Assembly (NCBI GenBank): GCA_000503875.1
Contig: CP006913.1
Span: 1,140,001-1,172,000 of the forward strand
Direction: 5' to 3'
Source: Candidatus Saccharimonadota bacterium
GTDB taxonomy: Bacteria > Patescibacteriota > Gracilibacteria > Absconditabacterales > Absconditicoccaceae
Length of the DNA stretch: 32,000 nucleotides
Every line of letters begins with the position of its first letter. Positions within the stretch are counted from its first letter, which is position 1. The position numbers and the translations under genes were made by a program. Below, piece by piece: positions 17,843-25,469 of this stretch. Below the pieces are notes generated by a model, which ran no database searches, was not told the DNA's origin, and was given only the letters and a program-made list of their open reading frames with translations.

Positions 17843-20401
17843 TTAGTACAATATAGTTATTGTTTTCCAATATGGTTTTTCAGAACCATCTTGTTTAACA
17901 ACTTTTAAGTATAAATAAACAAGTGATCCGGAAGCAACAAGATTACCATTTTTATTCTTGGCATCCCAAATGGTCTGAGAAGGATCTGTTGATGTAAAGA
18001 TTTCGCCATCTTTGTTTTGGATAACAAGTACTATTGAGATAGCATTGTTACACAAAGAACTAAAATCCAATACGTCATTATCTCCATCTCCATTTGGAGT
18101 AACAAGATTGGGAATAGCTACACCATTTCCTGCCATAATTTCGACAGAATCTGTTGTAACACAACCATTATTATCGGTTATTTGCACATAATGCCGACCA
18201 GCTGCCAAAGAATCCGCTTCCTGAGTTGTTTGAACGGGAATACCACTCCATAAGTAAGTATGCGGTGGGGTAAAATGATCCACATATTGTACTAAGGCCG
18301 TACCATCCTCGCATTCAGGACAAGAAGTATTTTCAACTCTGAAATAAGTTCTAGGATGATCAGGTTGTTCAATAATAACCTTTTCCATAGAGATACATCC
18401 ATTATCATCGGTAACCGTTACATCATAAGACCCTGCCTTCAGTCTATCAATAATAAAACTGTTTGCGGGAGTTGTAATAGTAACCGTAGTATCAACACCT
18501 AAATAATTAGTTCCATCAAGTACTAATGTACTATTTGGTCCAGAGGTACCACCTGATACATTCACTTCAACACTTCCTCGTCCATCATAGCATAGGCTAT
18601 GGGTTGGGTTAATAGTTACTACCAAAGGGAGTGGTTGTACAAACGTAATAGTGGTATCAAAGTCACAAGTTCCATTTGAAATACGAACCAGATGATCACC
18701 AATAGGCATATCAACAAAGCTTGTAGTGTCATCAAATAACACATTTTGCGTAACTCCACCTACAGTAATATCTAGAGGAAATGCTTCCAAGTTATGAACT
18801 CTAATTATCCCTAATTCGTCGTTACACGAGATAGGAGTATTTACAAATTCAAATTGGAAATTTGCTGGATTAGTAAGTGTCCAGGTTGTGTCAAAAACAC
18901 AGCCAACACTGTCCTTAAGATGTAAGTCATAAATTCCACTACTAAGATTTGTTATAGCATTGGTATTGTTATTCATAAGTACGCCATCTTTTTTCCAGAC
19001 AAAAGAGTTTCCTCCATTACCTCCAATAACTGTTGTCGTGATACTAGCATTGGTGTATTCATAACAACCTACAGGAACAACAACATCTGTTACATGAAGT
19101 CGGGCTGGTTCATTTATTGTTACCGCTGGCGGAATAAATGTACATCCGTTTTCATCAGTAATTGTCAATGTATACGTTCCAGCAGCAAGTCCAGTAATAG
19201 AAGCAGTCGTTTGACCACTATCCCAAGAATAACTTAATTGACCAGTTCCTCCACTAAAATTGGCAGTAATAGAGCCATCATTAGCTTGGAAACAAGTCAG
19301 ATCTTTTTTAATTAGTTCTCCTTGAATAGGTGAATCAGGTTCCTTTATAATTACACTTTGATCCAAAGCACATCCTGTAGAATCTTCTACATGAATAGTA
19401 TATCTACCAGCAAATAAGTCAGTAACTGCTGCATTATTGCTAGAGAATCCACTCGGACCAGTAATTGTGTAAACAAAACCACTATAACTTCCTTCTGCAA
19501 CTGCGTTAATACGTCCCGTATTATCTCCATAACACAAAATATTTCTTTGTGTGTAGGAAATTTTTATTGGTGTAAGAACACTGTCAACCAACCAAGAATG
19601 TCGAAAACCTTTATTATCGTTTGTTACGACTTTAAAGATATTTCTCCCTGGATAAACTTCAGAAGAAAAACTTGCTACAGTATCTGCTACACTTGTTACA
19701 TACAGTGGACCAGGAAGTAATTCAACAATAGTAACCGTGTCTTCCGGGAACTGCACTTGTGCAGGTAAATTAGCAGGAACTAAAATTGGTCTTACATCAC
19801 TAATTGGCGCTGTTGCATCATAGCAAGCAGTAGAATCAATTTCGTAAGTCGTAGTAATTCCAGATAATTCATTAACAACAACAGTATCATTTCTTTGACA
19901 ACCGTTTATATCAGTAAGCGTAATAAAATACGTTCCTGAATAAAGATTATCGAAAACATTAGCTGTTTGTGTTGTTTCAATAGTAGTAGTACTATCAATC
20001 AAATTATAGGTAAACCATCCGGTTCCACCTCCAGCTGTAATAGTAATCCTCCCATTTGGCAAAGGCCAATTGGAATTAGGAACTATCGCATATGCTGCAG
20101 TGATCGCAGGAGGATTATCCAGCGTATAAGTAAATGTTTCTGTTGCCAAAAGGGCATTAGTAACAGTTACGGAATACAAAGCAGCATCCAAACCAGAAGC
20201 GACTTTCCCTGAAAGAGTTGGTATAACTATACCATTTCGTTCCCATACATACGTATAAGGAGGATTAATCAATGTAGTAGTAACGGTTATTTCACCGTCC
20301 TTACCATCATGACACTTAATGTTTTCTGTGGCAGTGATCTGTGAAAAACCAGACAGCCAAAAAAACAAAAGTACCAACGTTACAATAATTTTTTGTCTCA
20401 T
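17843..20401 (-). CDS. SprB-repeat cell-surface adhesin with a T9SS type-B sorting (gliding-motility-associated) C-terminal domain
   Basis: Signal peptide MRQKIIVTLVLLFFWLSGFSQ. About 8 repeats of ~75 aa follow the pattern C..(D/N)G.I......GG....Y.W......GL.AG.Y...(T/V)D.NGC. The C-terminus is IPNLVTPNGDGDNDVLDF...WDAKNKNGNLVASGSLVYLYLKV. No TGA in 852 codons. Stop is TAA. Confidence 0.9.
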   Translation of the reverse strand: MRQKIIVTLVLLFFWLSGFSQITATENIKCHDGKDGEITVTTTLINPPYTYVWERNGIVIPTLSGKVASGLDAALYSVTVTNALLATETFTYTLDNPPAITAAYAIVPNSNWPLPNGRITITAGGGTGWFTYNLIDSTTTIETTQTANVFDNLYSGTYFITLTDINGCQRNDTVVVNELSGITTTYEIDSTACYDATAPISDVRPILVPANLPAQVQFPEDTVTIVELLPGPLYVTSVADTVASFSSEVYPGRNIFKVVTNDNKGFRHSWLVDSVLTPIKISYTQRNILCYGDNTGRINAVAEGSYSGFVYTITGPSGFSSNNAAVTDLFAGRYTIHVEDSTGCALDQSVIIKEPDSPIQGELIKKDLTCFQANDGSITANFSGGTGQLSYSWDSGQTTASITGLAAGTYTLTITDENGCTFIPPAVTINEPARLHVTDVVVPVGCYEYTNASITTTVIGGNGGNSFVWKKDGVLMNNNTNAITNLSSGIYDLHLKDSVGCVFDTTWTLTNPANFQFEFVNTPISCNDELGIIRVHNLEAFPLDITVGGVTQNVLFDDTTSFVDMPIGDHLVRISNGTCDFDTTITFVQPLPLVVTINPTHSLCYDGRGSVEVNVSGGTSGPNSTLVLDGTNYLGVDTTVTITTPANSFIIDRLKAGSYDVTVTDDNGCISMEKVIIEQPDHPRTYFRVENTSCPECEDGTALVQYVDHFTPPHTYLWSGIPVQTTQEADSLAAGRHYVQITDNNGCVTTDSVEIMAGNGVAIPNLVTPNGDGDNDVLDFSSLCNNAISIVLVIQNKDGEIFTSTDPSQTIWDAKNKNGNLVASGSLVYLYLKVVKQDGSEKPYWKTITILY

Positions 20402-20571
20402 AAGTGGTTAATTTAATTTATATTTAATTTTTGTTTAATTTCTTTGTTAATTACCTAGCTAGATATACCCGAAAAATAAGCATTCCAGCCATCATAGTAT
20501 ATGTAGCTATTTGGCGATAAAAGTCAATACAATAATGAGAATAAATTATATAAAACAAGAAACAAATCAGA

Positions 20572-20599
20572 TTGATTTTTTTGTAAAATTTCCTATATT
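20572..20599 (+). promoter_or_regulatory. Candidate sigma70-type promoter of dnaJ
   Basis: TTGATT (20572-20577), N16, TATATT (20594-20599), 45 nt upstream of the ATG. Confidence 0.45.
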
Positions 20600-20624
20600 A
20601 TCACCTCGACAAAAAAAGTGCTAT
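20598..20624 (+). promoter_or_regulatory. Degenerate CIRCE-like inverted repeat (possible HrcA operator)
   Basis: TTATCACCT-N9-AAGTGCTAT compared with consensus TTAGCACTC-N9-GAGTGCTAA gives 13/18 matches. It overlaps the putative -10 box of dnaJ. Confidence 0.35.
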
Positions 20625-20643
20625 TTACTATTAACGTATAGAT

Positions 20644-21693
20644 ATGGATTTTGATGTAAAAAAGGATTATTACAAAATATTAGATATTCCAGAAACGGCC
20701 ACAGCGGAAGACGCAAAGAAAGCATTCAAAAAGCTTGCAGTAAAACATCACCCAGACCGCTGATGAGATAAAGCAAAATTTCAAGAGATCAACGAAGCTT
20801 ATCAAACCTTAGGAGATGAAAAAAAGAAAGCTCAATACGATGCTTATCGTAGTGGTGGCGGAGGACAAGGATGATATGATTTTGGCGGATTTGGCGGTTG
20901 ATGACAAGGATGATTTGATTTCTGAGGAGTAGATCTCGGAGATATTTTTGGAAATATGTTTGGAGGTGGATTTGGAGGACAACAAACAAGAGCAGAATCA
21001 TTTAGTGGAGAAGATATCAAAGTTGCTATAGAAATTACTTTTGAAGAATGATTTTTGGGAGTAACCAAAAAGGTCGCTTACAATAGAAAAATAAAAATGT
21101 CTGGTATTGATGAAAAAAATTGTAGCACTTGTAAAGGTCAATGAAGAGTTTCAAGAACAGTTCAAACACCTTTTGGAATGATGCAAACTCAAACTGTTTG
21201 TCCAGATTGTGGAGGTGTTGGTCACCAATATACCAAGGATGGAAAGACTATTAAATCTCCATTTGAAAATCACAAAGAAACGATTGAAGTTAAAATTCCA
21301 GAAGGAATCGATGATGGCGTTTATATAAAATTTACTGGAAAAGGACACCAATGATTAAATGGTTATGATGGTGATTTATATATCAAAATAAATATTCAGA
21401 CTTCTCCTATATATGAAAGAAGATCAGATAATTTATATATCAAAGTTCCTGTAACCATTTTTGATCTTGTGCTTGGAGCAGAAAAACAAATCACTCATCC
21501 AGAAGGAAAACTAAAAGTAAAAATCCCAAAAGCTACTCAGGTAGGAGATATGGTCAAAATATCTGGAAAATGATTTGGTAAGTGATGAATCTTTGGTAAA
21601 AAATGAGATCTTTATCTGATTCCAAAAGTAGACATCCCAAAAAAATTAAGCAAAGAAGAAGAAAAATTGTGGAAAGAATTAGCTTCGATATAG
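20644..21693 (+). CDS. dnaJ: Molecular chaperone DnaJ
   Basis: J-domain [35 protein letters not shown], with GG encoded TGA TGA at 20761-20766. A G/F-rich region is partly TGA-encoded. The zinc finger is CSTCKGQGRV...CPDCGGVG. There are 14 Gly-TGAs. Stop is TAG 21691-21693. Confidence 0.95.
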
Positions 21694-21777
21694 TGTTTAG
21701 TGCTCTGATGATGAATGAATTTTGTTTGTTTTTTATTGCGAGAGAAACAATAACTTTATAACCTTCATAACTAACTT

Positions 21778-22335
21778 ATGCTCATAACCATAACTTGAAA
21801 AGCTTGAAGCGGAAAATCTACTGCAGCTAAGGCACTTGCAGAGAGGCTTTGATACGAATATATTTCTATATGAAGCATGAGAAGAATTGTTGCAGAGAAA
21901 ATGTGATTAAATATTTTGGAATTTAATGAGCTTGGCGAACGCCCAGAAAATCAAAAAGAATTTGATTTGAAATACGAAGAATATCAAAAAAGTTTAGATC
22001 CAACATCCAAAATTGTTTTGGAAAGTAGATTGTGATTTTTTTGTCAGCCAAAATCTTTTAAAATTTTTTTAACGGTTGATGAAGAATCTGCAGCAAAAAG
22101 AATATTTAATAATAAAAGATCTACTGATGATTATACATCTTGGGAAGAAGTTTTAGAAAAAACAAAAATAAGAGATAAAGAAGATGTAGAAAGATATAAA
22201 GAATTATATAATGTAGATTATAGTGATTTCAAAAATTATGATCTAATATTGGATACAACAATTAAAAATGTTGATGAAACAGTCGACGAAATTATAGAGC
22301 CATTTAATAAATACAAGAAAAACCAGCAAAAATAA
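21778..22335 (+). CDS. cmk: Cytidylate kinase, archaeal-type / (d)CMP kinase-like P-loop kinase
   Basis: MLITITGKAGSGKSTAAKALAERLGYEYISIGSMRRIVAEKMGLNILEFNELGE..., with P-loop glycines encoded by TGA at 21796 and 21805. 185 aa. Stop is TAA 22333-22335. Confidence 0.75.
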
Positions 22336-22350
22336 CAGCTGGTTTTTTTT
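22322..22350 (+). terminator. Rho-independent terminator overlapping the cmk stop
   Basis: ACCAGC, 10-nt loop (AAAAATAACA), GCTGGT, then T8. Confidence 0.6.
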
Positions 22351-22356
22351 AGATTA

Positions 22357-22491
22357 TTATCTTTTTTTAGCGGCACTTTTGTTAATTTCTCTAGCCAATT
22401 TGGCTAATTCTTCTATTGTTTCTATTTTTGGAAGAGGAGGTAGGCTACTTCGAGTTTTATCCTCCTTTTTAGCAATAACTATTGTTTCCAT
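22357..22491 (-). CDS. Possible small protein (44 aa)
   Basis: METIVIAKKEDKTRSSLPPLPKIETIEELAKLAREINKSAAKKR. A plausible TTGCTT-N17-ATATAT lies upstream on the minus strand. No homology was recognised. Confidence 0.3.
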   Translation of the reverse strand: METIVIAKKEDKTRSSLPPLPKIETIEELAKLAREINKSAAKKR

Positions 22492-22585
22492 AACTTTATA
22501 TTTATTTGTCTATATATACTTTTTTCCCTGGAAAAAGCAAACAATATTCCTACAGTAGGAAACGTTTTATATTTCAAGATATCAT

Positions 22586-23905
22586 ATGTTCAAATCTAAA
22601 CAATTCTTTACTGCATTAGCTATTGCAATTTTTATTTGAGCCCTTGCTGGCTGAGTATATATTACTCAAAGAAACGATCTTCCAGATATTTTTGGCTATG
22701 TTCCGACATGAATGGATCAAGTTATGGTAAATCGAGCTGAAAAAAATATCCAAAATAATACCAATATGCTCATTGAAGTTCCTCAAGCAGTGCAAGAACA
22801 ATTTCAACAAATCAAGGTGATGATTATTGTGCAAGACGAATCATTTTCAGGTGAACAAATGGTTTTTCTTCAAACCAAATCAGATTTTTCTCCGGAAGAT
22901 TTTCTTCAAACAATAAATCCTGAAAACGAAACAACATCAACGTACTTACGTTTAGACGATTGACAATATGTGTTTGGGCCTCAACAAACTATTCAATCAT
23001 ATACAAAGCCAATTCCAGATAAAACACTTTTTCAACAATCACAACTCAAAAAATATATTCCTATTATCAGAAGAAGTTCATTGAGTATTGTATCAAATAA
23101 TAATGATCTATTTTCTACACAAAAAGAATATTCCTCATTATTAGATTCTGCCGAGTATTTAGTAATGAATATTTCTTCTAGCCCAAGAGGAGAATTTGAT
23201 TTTTCTGCATATGTTATTCTTTCTCAATCTCAAGCAGAACAACAAAATAAATTCAAACCACAATTCACATCATTGCTTAAAGAGTCGACTATAACTTATC
23301 TCGAGCTTGGAAAAATTCTTTCTGGTATAGATATATCAGCTCAACTGGCATCTGGATCTGCACAAGACCTTTTGCTCAAAAAATTATTAGCGAACAACTT
23401 GGCAATCGTAGTAAGTAAAGGAGCAAATATGTTTAATCTTGGAGTAACTATTGTTGCTGATAATCCATCATTATTTACTGATCTTGAACCGTTTTTTCCT
23501 CTGTTGGGAATGTGGCTTCAAAGCCAACCGATGATTAGTGGAAATCAAGTTACCAGTATCCAACAACCAGGAAAAATAGGCTACGACATTACTCTCCAAG
23601 GAGTTCAAAAAATTGGAGCATATTTAGAACAAACAGAAAACCAAACTAAAATATCATTATGAAATCCCCTTATTGAAGGAGCAAAAAGAAAATTAAAATG
23701 ATATTCAAAAAATGCTTTGGCTGTCCTTTATGTAGATATGAATCAGCTTTTAAATTTATATAAACAATTTGCAAATATAGGTCTCAATACATCAGTCCTG
23801 ACAACATCACAAGAATCAATGTTTACACAGATGCAAGATAAGACACTCCGTGGAGAGATAGCAATAGAAAAAGACGCAATTAGCATCAAATGATCAATTA
23901 AATAA
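22586..23905 (+). CDS. Hypothetical membrane-anchored protein (439 aa)
   Basis: N-terminal TM helix MFKSKQFFTALAIAIFIGALAGGVYI. Track ORFs 22712.. and 22970.. share one frame and are joined by Gly-TGAs. Stop is TAA 23903-23905. Confidence 0.7.
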
Positions 23906-23910
23906 AGATA

Positions 23911-23939
23911 AAAAATCCCTCGTGATGAGGGGTTTTTTC
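23911..23939. terminator. Terminator hairpin between convergent genes
   Basis: ATCCCTC, GTGAT loop, GAGGGGT, then T6. The stop of the minus-strand gene (23941) abuts it. Confidence 0.6.
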
Positions 23940-23940
23940 T

Positions 23941-25374
23941 TTAAAATAGTATTTTCCAAAGTTGCCAAGAGTTTCCTTGCTGATACAAAGAGAAGCATTT
24001 TCCATTGGCTATGTTCTCAGACATTTGCTGTTCTCATAACCATATATATAAAGGTCTATTCAGATTTTTATAACTTTTTTCTAACATCTCGCATTTATAA
24101 CTTCCATCATTTTCTCGCCGCTTAATCCATTCAGTGTGGTTTCGTTTATCTAATTCAGCCATTCAAGGATTGATGTAATCTCTTTGACTCCAGCCCATAA
24201 TCCAAGGAGTATAATTTTTGTGCGAATTTATAATTATGGCATTTTCTTCTGTTCTATTTTTGATGTTTTTTATCGCAGAAAATTCTTCTTTGCTAATTAA
24301 AGGTATTGCGTTGATGTTGATATGGACAATATAATTAAACCCTACAGCCAATCCAATTATAGCAAAAATAAAAATTCAGAATTTTTTAATTTCCCATTTT
24401 TCACAAACAAATTTATATAGATTCCAAATTCCATAAGCAGCCAATATCACCACAAATATATCAAAAAAAACAATCGCTCTATTGAAATTAACCATTCTCA
24501 AGACTAGTCGTATTGCTCAAATAATATATCAAATATCTATAATTCAAAACCTTTTTCTTATGATTTTGTAAAAGAATCAAACCAAACTAAACAATAAAAC
24601 AAATCGTTGAATCTTTATATATTCGGCAATCATAATAAAATCTCAACCAGTCTGACTTGCTACAATAGTTCAAGTTGCTTTGATCGCTTCCGACATAATC
24701 TGATGCCAAATTGGGATATACATTGCAAGTCAAATAACTCCAGCTAATCATCGAAATATAGTTTGTTTCCAAGGGATTTTTTTGTTTGTATATCGCTCCA
24801 AAATCCAAGATCAAAAAAGAAGCAATCATGTATATAACGCAGTATGTTTATGGAGTAAAATAATAATCAAAAACAAAATAGATTGTCGCAATACTTTGTT
24901 TTTTTGTATAAAGATTAGGACTAGCAGCATAAGATTGACAGCAATAATCTGCTTAAAATATCCTCGCCAAAATACCTGATAGCCGACAATTGACATCCAA
25001 TACAGCCAAGCTCATATTACTCACATCCATTTGTTTTCTTTTTTCAATAACACAAAAATCAGAACTCATGGAAGGAGGTTGATTATTCATATTCATCGGG
25101 TTAGCCACCAATCAAAGTTCGCTCACATTTTGCCAAAAATTGCCATTATTGTTCCAAGTAACGGTTCATGTCTCACCCACCCAGGAAGCAGAGAAAAATC
25201 AAAATTCCACAAAATCTTGGAATATTCTACAAAAATTCATTTGTACATTCCTGGGTCATAGCCTAGTGGAGTTTCATTTCCTACAAAGTATCGTAGTCTA
25301 TACAGTCAGAATAAAATTCAGATCCATAATAGGATCCATGTTCAATATTTTTTTCAAAAACCTCCTTTCTCCAT
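23941..25374 (-). CDS. Polytopic integral membrane protein with a C-terminal soluble domain (possible GT-C-type glycosyltransferase)
   Basis: 477 aa in one minus-strand frame with over 25 Gly-TGAs, checked codon by codon with no TAA/TAG. It reads MEKGGFGKKYGTWILLWIGILFGLY...PLGYDPGMYKG..., has about 10 hydrophobic segments, and ends ...YTPWIMGWSQRDYINPGMAELDKRNHTEW.... The track shows only a 62-aa fragment. Confidence 0.7.
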
Positions 25375-25406
25375 CTATATATATCAATTAAAAACTTTTT
25401 AAAAAT

Positions 25407-25435
25407 TTGACAGAAATACAAAATTTATATATAAT
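25407..25435 (+). promoter_or_regulatory. Consensus sigma70-type promoter
   Basis: TTGACA (25407-25412), N17, TATAAT (25430-25435), 35 nt upstream of ATG 25470. Confidence 0.7.
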
Positions 25436-25469
25436 TAGATTAATATTTTTTATTTATATATTTTTTGTT

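Larger units (their letters stand above)
15513..20571 (-). other. Putative horizontally acquired island: Bacteroidota-type T9SS cargo operon (boundaries approximate)
   Basis: Three consecutive genes totalling 1,598 codons have zero TGA. They encode Bacteroidota-specific protein families and are bracketed by TGA-recoded host genes. The dnaJ promoter begins at about 20572. Confidence 0.6.

Noticed and set aside
17059-20212. Plus-strand ORFs 17059..17319, 17111..17308 and 19967..20212, and minus-strand alternate-frame ORF 17484..17666, inside the T9SS-type genes.
   Set aside because: They are shadows of the long, motif-supported minus-strand ORFs.
15574-20401. Using GC content as evidence that the island is foreign.
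   Set aside because: By eye the island is only slightly less AT-rich than the host hypothetical genes and is similar to topA. Without a computed profile this is not decisive, so the argument rests on TGA usage and protein families.
15454-20643. Calling the T9SS-type insert a mobile element (ICE, transposon or prophage).
   Set aside because: No integrase, transposase, tRNA target or terminal inverted repeats were seen. Only a 10-bp direct repeat of uncertain significance is present, so the region is reported as a putative island of type 'other'.
20789-21351. Minus-strand ORFs antisense to dnaJ, including a Pro-rich one ([11 protein letters not shown]...).
   Set aside because: They are the reverse complement of the DnaJ G/F-rich region, where GGN/TGA codons read as CCN on the opposite strand. 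dnaJ itself is unambiguous.
24587-25391. Track ORFs 24587..24829 (-), 24782..24979 (+), 25031..25261 (+) and 25140..25391 (+).
   Set aside because: All are out of frame with, or antisense to, the 477-aa minus-strand membrane protein. That frame was verified codon by codon to be free of TAA/TAG from 25374 to 23941.
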